Below the pieces are notes generated by a model, which saw only the letters and a list, made by a program, of their open reading frames with translations, searched no databases and had not been told where the DNA came from. From IMG/VR virus record IMGVR_UViG_3300037961_002446, positions 1 through 64,000 of that record: DNA of 64,000 nucleotides. The stretch is one strand, 5' to 3'. This DNA is from an uncultured virus (IMG/VR IMGVR_UViG_3300037961_002446). Its lineage: Duplodnaviria; Heunggongvirae; Uroviricota; Caudoviricetes. The number at the start of each line of letters is the position of its first letter. The first letter of the stretch is position 1. Shown here piece after piece: positions 18,251 through 27,868 of this stretch. The translations under genes and the position numbers were made by a program.

Positions 18251-19411
18251 ATGGAAATAAGAATAAGAAAAGCAAACGATGGTGGAGGACACTATACTAC
18301 AACTATTAGTTGTAAAGACGCAGTAAGGTCTAGAGATACTACTATACCTATGTTAAGACAAGCAAAAGACCCTATTCATGCAGGTATTGTTCAGTTTTGG
18401 CAGAAGTCGTTATCTACTCGTAGTAATTACTATGCTGATTTTAGTATGCCTAGCAGATATAATACTGTAATTATGATAGGAACTTGTCCTGTTGCTATTG
18501 AGAAAACTAAGAACCGCTACTACATTAATGGTAAGCCTGAAAACCTTGCTTCTATTTGTCATGTATTGGCTAGACTAACATACAAGTCTTGTTTTGAAAA
18601 AGACCCTGCTAAACTAATGAAGAGTGTTTATGCGAGTCTTGCTATACCTGAAAATGTAAAGTATGTTTTGGAAAACAGATTCCCATATTTCTTCTATGAT
18701 AATTATGTCAAGTATGAAGTAAGGCTTCCTGTTATGATGATTGGTGATGATGAAGTCGCAATAGAAGTAGCAGATGGAGTTTGGGGAACATTAACCATCA
18801 AACAACTAGTCAAGTTATGTTCTTTCTATGTAGAAGGTAAAAAGAGAGGTAAACTAAAGTATCTTTCACCTTCTAAGTTGTATGAATTAACTATGGGTAG
18901 AAAGCCCCTAGATTCTGATTTGAAGGTGATGCTTGAGTTCCTTAAACAAAACCGAATGAAGGATATTGTAGATAAAAGAGCCATTGAATTAGTTAATGAC
19001 TTGTTGCTACAACACGGAGGTAGACTCAAAGCAGAATATGATGATAATGGTCAGCCTGAAACTATCTATGTTAGAGGTAAAGACTATGATTGGAAACTTA
19101 CTTCTAACTCATATAAATCAGACATACAGATGGTTTCTACATTCGTTTGGCAACCTGATTATGTTGATGAAACTGTATTAGATGAAAACGGAGAAGAAAC
19201 AGACCAAACTATTAGAGTTCAAAACGGTGCTTCATGGAAAGGGCCGATATGTATAGATAATATGGCTTCAGGTTCTCCATTGGGCGACCAATTTGCGGCT
19301 AGAGCATTAGCATTATTGAACGATTCCTTTACAATAACAATAGTAAATACAATAAAACGGTATTTGACCGAGAATAAGAATGAATGTAGGTTTGATATGA
19401 ATGAAGTGTAG
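18251..19411 (+). CDS. Conserved protein; C-terminal domain is a candidate E2 (UBC-like)
   Basis: 386 aa; GPICIDNM...SPLG...LLND resembles the E2 active-site pattern G.ICLDIL...WSP...LL.D. The CDS is solid; the function is tentative. Confidence 0.45.
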   Translation: MEIRIRKANDGGGHYTTTISCKDAVRSRDTTIPMLRQAKDPIHAGIVQFWQKSLSTRSNYYADFSMPSRYNTVIMIGTCPVAIEKTKNRYYINGKPENLASICHVLARLTYKSCFEKDPAKLMKSVYASLAIPENVKYVLENRFPYFFYDNYVKYEVRLPVMMIGDDEVAIEVADGVWGTLTIKQLVKLCSFYVEGKKRGKLKYLSPSKLYELTMGRKPLDSDLKVMLEFLKQNRMKDIVDKRAIELVNDLLLQHGGRLKAEYDDNGQPETIYVRGKDYDWKLTSNSYKSDIQMVSTFVWQPDYVDETVLDENGEETDQTIRVQNGASWKGPICIDNMASGSPLGDQFAARALALLNDSFTITIVNTIKRYLTENKNECRFDMNEV

Positions 19412-20255
19412 TGAATGTGGTTCAATTAAAATTACCTTTGACGAAAGGTTAGGAGAAAAGTGTTGTGCTGAATGTGGTTTAGTCCTCATTACAGGAATGT
19501 TTGAAGAAACAGTTTCACCTGTAGAAAGAGGCGAAGGCTACAATGTAAAACATAGTGCTGATAAAGGAAAGTTAGGTTCTATTATTACAGGTAGAGGTTC
19601 TAGTAAATTTGCTAGGTCTAACCAAAATAGGTCAAGACACATTGTTGCAGGTATAGCACATTGTAATATGGTAATGTCTAGTCTAAAACTACCGATGAAT
19701 CTTTCTGAAAGAATAGAAAAGGTGTATATGGAGTTGTATAGGCTTCATATGCTACGCTCGTTTACTCTTGAAGAAAGAGCAACTGCTATTGTGTTTTATG
19801 TTCTGAAAGAAAACGGAACACCACAACCAATGAAAGAAGTTGCTTCTGAATTCCAAGTAAATGTAAACAGGTCTATGAAACTAGTTAGGAAGATAAATCA
19901 GTTCTTTAGAAACTCAATCCACTATGCTCATGAAGATGGGACTTTCTTAATGCAACAAACTGCGAGAAAGATTACAGATGAACCTCAGTTTATCCATCAA
20001 TGTCATAAAGTCATGGAGCATTTTGAAGCGAAAGTAATTACTTCTGACTTTAACAAAGGCCGATGCTATTATGCGGCTATGTCTGTTATTGCTACAGAAG
20101 TGTTTGTGAGAGGATATTCTTGTAAGTATATTGCTGAAAAGACAGGATTCCACAGGACTAAGATTGGTAAAGAATGTAAGAAGATACTTGCTTTGATTGG
20201 AGTAGATTCAGTCAAAGAATTGAAAGGTCAAGAACTTAGTAAAATAGGTGAATAA
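19401..20255 (+). CDS. tfb: Transcription factor B (TFB/TFIIB)-like protein
   Basis: N-terminal Zn ribbon CSECG...GEKCCAECGLV followed by two cyclin-fold-like repeats. Confidence 0.85.
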   Translation: MKCSECGSIKITFDERLGEKCCAECGLVLITGMFEETVSPVERGEGYNVKHSADKGKLGSIITGRGSSKFARSNQNRSRHIVAGIAHCNMVMSSLKLPMNLSERIEKVYMELYRLHMLRSFTLEERATAIVFYVLKENGTPQPMKEVASEFQVNVNRSMKLVRKINQFFRNSIHYAHEDGTFLMQQTARKITDEPQFIHQCHKVMEHFEAKVITSDFNKGRCYYAAMSVIATEVFVRGYSCKYIAEKTGFHRTKIGKECKKILALIGVDSVKELKGQELSKIGE

Positions 20256-20404
20256 GATGAAAGATAAAGAAAAGATATTGATGTGGCTTAGGAAGTTTAT
20301 TGATGATATTACTGATGTAGAGGTAGACGGTGAAATACTCCGTTTATCTGTGCATGGAAAAACTGTGGGGATAATTACCCATCAAAAAATATGGAAGTGA
20401 AAAT

Positions 20405-20668
20405 ATGTTAAAGAATAAAGATGGAAAATTGTATGTAGGAGATAAAGAAGTTATCAAAGGGTATGAATCGTTTAGCGGTTGGTATTGGTTTGTGACTGAA
20501 ATAGAAGAAGAAGATTATGGAGGACACCCTCTATACTTTGGTTATGTTCAAGGATTTGCAGATGAATGGGGAACATTTTGGCATGGAGAACTACAACCGC
20601 TAATTGAACAAGGTAGAGTTTGGGAGATTAATGAAGTAGATTTGCCTCATGCAGGAAGGAGAGATTAA
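20405..20668 (+). CDS. DUF2958-like protein
   Basis: WYWFVTE...YFGYVQG...EWGTF...EL pattern. Confidence 0.55.
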   Translation: MLKNKDGKLYVGDKEVIKGYESFSGWYWFVTEIEEEDYGGHPLYFGYVQGFADEWGTFWHGELQPLIEQGRVWEINEVDLPHAGRRD

Positions 20669-20848
20669 GTTGCTAAAGAAAGATTATGTAAATATGACTA
20701 ATTATTTAGTTGAATATATATTGAAATTTGAAGGTAGTTGCACAGGTTATGTGCCTACCCAAAAAGCGAAGGAAGAAGTAATTTACAGTATAAAACGAAT
20801 TATGGAAAATTGTGGAGTAGAATTTAAATCAAAAAGGAAGTGGTATGA

Positions 20849-21412
20849 ATGAGAAAAGTATTAGTTATTGGAGCAGGTGGAATTGGAAGTTTTCTGATTC
20901 CTGTATTAGATAGAGTAGGTTTGTATGATATTACAGTAGCCGACCCTGATAAGGTAGAAACAAAGAACCTACCATATCAGAATTTTAAAATTGTTAGTGT
21001 TGGTCAAAACAAAGCCACCAACATGGCAGATAATTATAGCGGTTCAGTAAATAAGGCAATTCAATTCCCTATTCTTAGTGAAAAACAAATGCAAGGATAT
21101 GACTTGGTTATTTGTTGTGTAGATAATATTGGACTAAGACGAACCATGTATAATTGTAAAGATTTGAAATGGTTAGATTTGAGAGCGCAAGGTCGTAATG
21201 CGGCTATGGTATCTTATACTGCTGACCCTAAAATGTATGATACATTGTTAGCAGGTGAAGAACGGTCATTTAGTTGTCAAGGAGATTCTTGGGACGGTTC
21301 AAACAAAGGAGTTCATTTCATGCAAGTTGCTATTGCAGGAATGGGCGCACAATGGGTTCAGCGTTGGTTTAACGGTGAAGAGGTTTGTGATTTTAAGGTG
21401 GTGAATGTATGA
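20849..21412 (+). CDS. ThiF/MoeB/E1-family adenylyltransferase
   Basis: VIGAGGIGS, DPDKVETKNLPYQ, GQNKA, DLVICCVDN..LR, and a C-terminal SCQ cysteine. Confidence 0.9.
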   Translation: MRKVLVIGAGGIGSFLIPVLDRVGLYDITVADPDKVETKNLPYQNFKIVSVGQNKATNMADNYSGSVNKAIQFPILSEKQMQGYDLVICCVDNIGLRRTMYNCKDLKWLDLRAQGRNAAMVSYTADPKMYDTLLAGEERSFSCQGDSWDGSNKGVHFMQVAIAGMGAQWVQRWFNGEEVCDFKVVNV

Positions 21413-21886
21413 AGCACATAGATGAGGAAGAACAAAAACAGATTAAGATTAACTCAATTAGAGAGAGTATTCCTACACTCGTTGCACAGATTACTATGGT
21501 ATCTACCACAGACTATTCAGATGTTATTACTGATGAGGAGAGGGCGGTTTTGAATCTACTTAACTTATCAATTGACGCATTAGGTAGTGATTATGATGAT
21601 GAAACTGCTCTTAATTGGTGGAACGGAACACTAAAGACACTAGAAACACTACCTAGATGGGGGTCATATTGGTGAAATACACCGAAGATGACATAGGAAG
21701 AACAATTGACATAGACGATAATAAAGGCTCAACATACGATGAAAGAATTGTTATGGTTTATTGTCAAATTTGTGGCTCAAAATATATTGGGCCAATTCAT
21801 GAAGCGGGAGGGTTTCTCGCTAGACATGATTTCTTTCACAAGTGGGAATTTACAATGGAAATGAGCGAACATTTGGAGGCATAAAT

Positions 21887-23158
21887 ATGAATGGAAAAAA
21901 ATACACAGAAGAAGAAATAGCATATATGATTACAAGGCGACAAAAAGGGTGGACTTTTGCTAAGATAGCAAGAAGAATGTCTACTAAGTTTGGAACACCT
22001 AGAACTCAAGCAACCGTATATCAAAAATACAAGAGAGTTGTAGGAGATAGGGTTAATAGAAAACCTAAGCAAGTCGTCAAAGAAAAGAAAGAATACATGG
22101 CTTGGCCTGTTGAACAAGTGAATTTTATTCACCAATGTTATCATAATGGTTTTTCTATAGATAAGAGCAAGCAAGCATTTACTGAACAATTTAAGAAGAG
22201 TATTTCTACAAGACAATATAATTATCTCTTGTATAATAAAACCCCTTCTATCGGTAAAAAGGTAAGAGATGCTTCTAAGCCTAAGAAAGGAACGCCATAC
22301 ACTCAGCAAGAAATTAATTTAATCTTGAAGTGTAAAAGTGGTAAAGAAGCAGAAAAGTATTCTGAAACCTTTGGGCGAACAAAAGGAGCATTAAACAGAC
22401 AATGGTATGCTCTTAAAGAAAAACAAACTAACCGTCAAGGTTGGAATACTAAGAAAGTAGTTATTGATGCTGATTTGTTAGCCGCAGGTCTTTCTGATAG
22501 AAATGGCTATTCTAAGGCACAAAGAAAACTATTGCCTTTGAAGGTTGTTTGGCCACCTAAGAAAGGTGATGTTCAACGCCTAATAGGTAAGAAGATTTCA
22601 AAGAAGAACGCTGACAAGTTTGTTGAGTTGAAAAATAAGCATCTTAAGAGTGTAAAAACAAAAGTAAACGGTGATAAGCATAATACTGTAGAATATCATT
22701 TACCTGAGAAAAAGAATTGGATTAAGGATAGAGCGATTCATGCTACATATCCTCCTGAACCTCTTGAATCTCAACTAAGGAACAGTTCAGTTATTGATAT
22801 GCTTCAAAACATGATGAATGACAATAAAGGATTTTGGACGAATGAAAAGGATTTGGATTTACTAATCAATTTCTATGATTTGACTATTGATGAGGCTACA
22901 GAAAGATATGCCACAACTTACGGTAATATCGCTTCAAGACTAGAAACCTTGATTAACTCCAATAACCCCGACAAAATTGCCCTAGTTATGAAGGCCTCTA
23001 AAGCCGTCAAAAAGAATAGGGCAAAACAGGTCAAGGAATCAAAACCAAGCCGTAGAGAGCGAAGGAAACAAGCAAAAGAGGCAAGGAAAGCCAAGCGGGA
23101 GCAAAAGAGAATTGACAAACTTAAGAATAAAATTAAGAAATTGGAAGGTGATGAATAA
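21887..23158 (+). CDS. Basic protein with repeated HTH/Myb-like units; probable DNA-binding regulator
   Basis: Units YTEEEIAYM, WPVEQVNFI, YTQQEINLI, WTNEKDLDL; start ATG 21887 after GGAGG. Confidence 0.65.
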   Translation: MNGKKYTEEEIAYMITRRQKGWTFAKIARRMSTKFGTPRTQATVYQKYKRVVGDRVNRKPKQVVKEKKEYMAWPVEQVNFIHQCYHNGFSIDKSKQAFTEQFKKSISTRQYNYLLYNKTPSIGKKVRDASKPKKGTPYTQQEINLILKCKSGKEAEKYSETFGRTKGALNRQWYALKEKQTNRQGWNTKKVVIDADLLAAGLSDRNGYSKAQRKLLPLKVVWPPKKGDVQRLIGKKISKKNADKFVELKNKHLKSVKTKVNGDKHNTVEYHLPEKKNWIKDRAIHATYPPEPLESQLRNSSVIDMLQNMMNDNKGFWTNEKDLDLLINFYDLTIDEATERYATTYGNIASRLETLINSNNPDKIALVMKASKAVKKNRAKQVKESKPSRRERRKQAKEARKAKREQKRIDKLKNKIKKLEGDE

Positions 23159-23814
23159 TGAGTAAGAGTAGTGATTGGGCTTTGAGAGAACAAGAGAAGA
23201 ATGGTGATGATGACGGGTATGATGCTTACCTTAATGAAATAGAAATTGCTAAAGCGGAAGCAGAATTTGAGGCTCTAGAAAAGGCTAGAGAAAAGGCTGA
23301 ACAACACATTTTAGAAAAATGGTTTCATAATGCGAATCTAGAATTAGAATCAGTCAATCATCATAATGATTGGGAATTGACTTGGGAAGACCGAGATAAA
23401 TTAGATTTTACATACTTTAGAAGTGAAGATTTCTTTAGTGCTATTTGGCATTCTTCTACAGAAATACTACCTAATCTTGAAGTGCAAGTAGTTATTGATG
23501 GTAAGAATAATTGTTATGTTTCTACAGGTTCATCAGGATATGTGGAGTTTGGAATGAAACCTCCTATTGGTATGACTTTACCGATTAAGTGTTGGATTCA
23601 TACCCACCCGTTTGGTAGTGCTTACTTTAGTGGTGTAGATATTAGAACAGTATCTAATTGGCAACCTCTAATGAAAGAAGCCTTTGTTTTAGGTGGTTGG
23701 GAATATGACCACTACGGTTATTGGCAACAATCTAATCCTAAGCAACTAGAGATTTATCGTAATGCGGAAGTAGAAAGAATACAGACATGGGGGAATGTAA
23801 ATGAGGAAGAATAG
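23158..23814 (+). CDS. JAB/MPN+ (JAMM) metalloprotease
   Basis: E(VQVVID)...WIHTHPFGSAYFSGVD = intact E-x(n)-HxH-x7-S-x2-D. Confidence 0.88.
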   Translation: MSKSSDWALREQEKNGDDDGYDAYLNEIEIAKAEAEFEALEKAREKAEQHILEKWFHNANLELESVNHHNDWELTWEDRDKLDFTYFRSEDFFSAIWHSSTEILPNLEVQVVIDGKNNCYVSTGSSGYVEFGMKPPIGMTLPIKCWIHTHPFGSAYFSGVDIRTVSNWQPLMKEAFVLGGWEYDHYGYWQQSNPKQLEIYRNAEVERIQTWGNVNEEE

Positions 23815-24395
23815 GAAGAAAGTAAAGTATGCTGAATTTAAGGAAGAGTTTGTTTCTTCAACATTAGTTGAAAAACAAAAGGCTCATCAGGAAAGACACC
23901 CTAATGATAAAAACATTAGAAAGGTCAAAGGCATTACTTGGTCTAAGAAAACTGAAAAGGATAAAGAATTGAAACAGTTTTACAAGACTCATGTATGGAC
24001 TTCTTTTGGAACTAATGGTTGGATAGCATTACCTGTGGAGGGAGAAGAGGAATGATTCAATGGACGCTTAAGAAACTAATTTACTTGATGGGAGTTATCT
24101 ATGTAGTGCTTGATAGTTTTGTTAAGCATGAAGATACAGATGTTATCTTAGGTGTTCCTATTGACGATGAATTCCAAAAAATGTCTAGAAAAGAACTTTG
24201 CCGATATGTAGAGTTTAAGTTTGGTTGGAATGACGATGAATTTTGGAATCTACAATCAACACAGAAAATTAGGGTCTGTTGTCAAATAGCAAGAAATAAC
24301 AAATTTAAGGTGAAATAAATGTGTGGAGCAATACCAATTCAATGTGAGATATGTGGGACATTCTATAGAATAGAAAAAGTATGTAGGTGTGAAAA

Positions 24396-24611
24396 ATGAA
24401 AGCAGTAGGAGATTATGTAATAGTAGAACAAGAAGTTGCGTCTTCGGGCGGAATTATGATGAAAGAGAATAATATTGGGAAAGTTGTAGACTGTAAGGTT
24501 GATGCTTCTTTAATTGGTAAAACAGTTATATTCAGTGAAGCAAGAACTATTCAGGAATATGATGGATATAAATTCGTCCCAATTGCTCAAATTATGGCGG
24601 TGATGGAATGA
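24396..24611 (+). CDS. groES: Co-chaperonin GroES-like
   Basis: MKAVGDYVIV...SSGGI...GKVV; directly upstream of the chaperonin. Confidence 0.8.
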   Translation: MKAVGDYVIVEQEVASSGGIMMKENNIGKVVDCKVDASLIGKTVIFSEARTIQEYDGYKFVPIAQIMAVME

Positions 24612-26107
24612 TTATACACGGAAAAGAAGTAAAGGAAAAGTTGTTAGAAGGAATTAATTTGGTTGCTAATACAGTAAAACCTACACTTGGCCCACAAGCC
24701 AAAACCGTTATACTGCAAGGTAATCCTCCTGTTATTATTAATGACGGAGTAACCATTACAAGACATATTAGTAGCGAAGACCCTTATGTTCAGATGGGTA
24801 TTCAGATGGTTCAAAACCTAGCGCATAAAGCACAAGAAGGAAGCGGTGATGGAACTACTACTGCTTGTATCTTGGCTCAAGCACTTTGTAATAAGTTAGC
24901 CTTGTTAGATGATAGCCATACTACTCACCATGTAATGAGTGTTCTTGCTAGGTTCAAACATGATGTAATAGAGTTTCTAGAAGAAAGAGCCGAGCAAATA
25001 CAAGATGATGATATTATTGAAGTAGCAACTATCGCTGCTAATAACGATAGAAAACTTGGAAGACTCATTAGCAACGCTTTGAAGAAAGTAGGTAGAGATG
25101 GAATTGTCACTGTAGAAGAATCTAAAACACATAAGACGGACTTAGTGTATAGAGAAGGTATGGAAATTCCTGAAGGATTCATTAGTCATTTAATGGCTAA
25201 CAATTCAAGCGGTAAAACTGAATATACTAACCCTCTAATTTTTAGTTCTAATCTAGCGTTTAAGAATTTTAAGGATTTGATTCCTATGCTAGAGTTAGCG
25301 TCTTCTAACAGTAGGCCACTCGTTATCTTTTGTGCGGGTATGTCAGGTTCAGCACTTAACAATCTAATTATGAATCTAATGAATCAAACAGTAGAATGTT
25401 GTGTAGTGCTTGCTCCTAATTATGGAGATAAGCAACTAGATGAATTAGCAGACATACAGGCTATGGTAGGAGGAACAATCTATACTGCTGAGAGTAAAGA
25501 CGACCCTTCTACAGTTGTTCTAGGTGATTTTGGAACTTGTGCTACAATTACTATTACTAAAGAAACTACAACTATTGTTGGCGGAGAAGGAGATACCAAA
25601 CCACAAATTGAACAACTAAAAAGCCAATTAGAGGATATGAAAGGTCATGATAAGGCTAGAGTAAAGACTCGTATTTCAAGACTAATGGGCGGTGTAGCCA
25701 CAATTAAGATTGGTGCTTCTTCTTCTCTTGAACTAAGAGAAAAGAAAGAAAGACTAGATGATGCTCTTAATGCTACAAAAGCCGCATTATCAGAAGGTAT
25801 TATTCTAGGCGGTGGAGTGTCATTAGCCCATGCAGGTGATGAAGTAGAAACAGAATTTAATTGGCTAGCGACTGCTTTACACGCTCCTTACAATACATTA
25901 CTTATGAATAGCAATCGTAATAGCGATTGGCATGAAGATGATTTAGCAGACTCGTTAGGATTCAATGCCTTAACAGGAACATATTGTGATTTGAAAGAAG
26001 CAGGTGTGTTTGACCCTGTTAAGGTAACAAAAAATAGTTTCTTGGCGGCTATGTCTATCGCTCAACTGTTCTATACTACAGATGTAGCAGTTCTGTTGGA
26101 GGAATAA
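24608..26107 (+). CDS. groEL: Group I chaperonin GroEL-like
   Basis: TLGP, INDGVTI, GDGTTT, EKKERLDDALNATKAA, GGG, GVFDPVKV. Confidence 0.93.
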   Translation: MIIHGKEVKEKLLEGINLVANTVKPTLGPQAKTVILQGNPPVIINDGVTITRHISSEDPYVQMGIQMVQNLAHKAQEGSGDGTTTACILAQALCNKLALLDDSHTTHHVMSVLARFKHDVIEFLEERAEQIQDDDIIEVATIAANNDRKLGRLISNALKKVGRDGIVTVEESKTHKTDLVYREGMEIPEGFISHLMANNSSGKTEYTNPLIFSSNLAFKNFKDLIPMLELASSNSRPLVIFCAGMSGSALNNLIMNLMNQTVECCVVLAPNYGDKQLDELADIQAMVGGTIYTAESKDDPSTVVLGDFGTCATITITKETTTIVGGEGDTKPQIEQLKSQLEDMKGHDKARVKTRISRLMGGVATIKIGASSSLELREKKERLDDALNATKAALSEGIILGGGVSLAHAGDEVETEFNWLATALHAPYNTLLMNSNRNSDWHEDDLADSLGFNALTGTYCDLKEAGVFDPVKVTKNSFLAAMSIAQLFYTTDVAVLLEE

Positions 26108-26529
26108 AAATGGGATATAAACAAATGAAGAATTTAGCCTGTTATGTTGCTACCAATCTTTGTGATTGGGGTAAGCAAGACATAGAAGATATGGTAGAAC
26201 AGGTAGGTTGTGTTGAAACCGTAGTTGATTTTCTTATAGAATATGAACACAGATTTGGTCTTGAAATGCAAGATAAAATTGAATGGGCTGAAAATGCAGA
26301 AGAGGAATGAATATGTTTGACGACAAAGAAATAGTAAGAATGACAATTGTTTACAAGGACGGTTCTATGACTATTCTAACTAAAAACAAAGATGGAACTC
26401 TTAATGTAGATAGGAGGGAAAAATGATGACAGAAGATTGTCCTAGATGCAAAAGGCGTATTAGAACGACAGATACTTATTATCTAAGACGCTACGGTGTA
26501 TGTGAGAAGTGCGTAAAGGTGATGAGAAA

Positions 26530-26928
26530 ATGAAAAAGAAAGCAGTTACAATAACATTACCCGCACCACATAAGGCTCAAATCAAATGTCCTATTTGTGA
26601 AGGAAACAAATGCCATGTCTGTAAAATGACAGGAGTATTGAAGATTGATGTTGCTCCTAAAATACCAATTCAACGCTCTCATATTGTAAAGTATGTAGTT
26701 GATAATATTCATGATATTGCAAGTGAGATAACTAGACAGTATGGCTTAGTTCCTGAAGTTAATACTCTAGAAGTTCTAGAAGCCAATGGAGGACAATACG
26801 AGGTTGTTCAAGTTTCTTCTCTTGGCGGTGCGTGTTGGGTTGTTAATCGTTTAGATGAATTAGATACTCCTAGATATTTCAAGTCAAGAGCCGAGTTAGA
26901 CAAATTCAAACAGGGGTGGTTTGCATGA
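26530..26928 (+). CDS. Zn-finger hypothetical protein
   Basis: CPICEGNKCHVCKMTG. Confidence 0.7.
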   Translation: MKKKAVTITLPAPHKAQIKCPICEGNKCHVCKMTGVLKIDVAPKIPIQRSHIVKYVVDNIHDIASEITRQYGLVPEVNTLEVLEANGGQYEVVQVSSLGGACWVVNRLDELDTPRYFKSRAELDKFKQGWFA

Positions 26929-27122
26929 GTGAAATGCCTATTGTAGGGCGTGTTGTCCGTGATTCTACAACTGAATGCCTAATAAAGAAAGGAAAGTATT
27001 GGAATATTGAAGTAGTTGATATTAGGTGGTTTAAGAATGATAAGCCTACCAATAAAGGAATTAGATTGAATATAGAAGAAGCAAATTACTTGCTAGAAAT
27101 ATTAAGGAGAGAATTAGAATGA
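26925..27122 (+). CDS. PC4/YdbC-like ssDNA-binding protein
   Basis: VDIRWF...PTNKGIRL...E...L signature. Confidence 0.75.
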   Translation: MSEMPIVGRVVRDSTTECLIKKGKYWNIEVVDIRWFKNDKPTNKGIRLNIEEANYLLEILRRELE

Positions 27123-27394
27123 AACATAGTATTAGTATTAGAGAAGCAAATAGACTTCTTAGGAGTCCTAATCCAAAGCGTTCTTTTGGAGATGGAACAA
27201 CAGAAAAGTTTGCTAGATGTTCTTCTAGATTACTAGAGGAGTTTGCTAGCCTAATTGAAGTATATATGGATAAGCCGCCTAATAGCGGTGAAGGTTGTAG
27301 AGTTCAGCCTTTACATATTGAAAGAGCCTATGCCTTAGTGCATGGGTGTATTGAGAATTTGATTACACTAAAGGAGAGTATGGAAGATGAATAG
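27119..27394 (+). CDS. Probable histone-fold protein (divergent)
   Basis: ISIREANRLLR...KRSFGD - long helix - RVQPLHIERA matches the a1-L1-a2-L2-a3 spacing. Confidence 0.5.
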   Translation: MKHSISIREANRLLRSPNPKRSFGDGTTEKFARCSSRLLEEFASLIEVYMDKPPNSGEGCRVQPLHIERAYALVHGCIENLITLKESMEDE

Positions 27395-27752
27395 TAAATT
27401 GTATATGGTAACTGTAAATGATAAGAAGTTTGATGAATGGTGTAAAGCCATGAAAAAGAAACTAAAGAAAATGAACCCAATAGCACTTGACCATTTTAAT
27501 CAAGGTTATAATGATGTAGCAAGAGGTAATTACTTAGCAAGAGCATCATTTATTTGTTATTGGGAGATATTCAGCAACGGTTCATTATCAAAACTTGCAC
27601 CTGCTATTACTCAAGCAACTATGATTCATTTGTTTCACAGATTTATTGAGCAAGAACAGACCCAAGAAGCGGAACTTGTGCAACACATGATGACTAACTT
27701 CTTACGCCTATTACAGGTTTTAGAGCAAGGTGCTAAGAATGAAGAAGAGTGA
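27387..27752 (+). CDS. Hypothetical protein
   Basis: 121 aa ORF in the coupled operon. Confidence 0.7.
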   Translation: MNSKLYMVTVNDKKFDEWCKAMKKKLKKMNPIALDHFNQGYNDVARGNYLARASFICYWEIFSNGSLSKLAPAITQATMIHLFHRFIEQEQTQEAELVQHMMTNFLRLLQVLEQGAKNEEE

Positions 27753-27868
27753 ATGGATTTACTTAGCGAATGCTATGTGGTCTTACGCTGAAAGAAACGA
27801 AGGTGAAATATCCCGCCTTCTAAAAGAATTGGTTATTAAACTGAATAAGAATATGGAGATGATTATAG

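Noticed and set aside
20849..21412. ThiF as a thiamine or molybdopterin biosynthesis auxiliary gene
   Set aside because: No ThiG, MoaE or thiolase partner in the window; the capped Ubl plus JAB favours conjugation, although sulfur transfer is not excluded.
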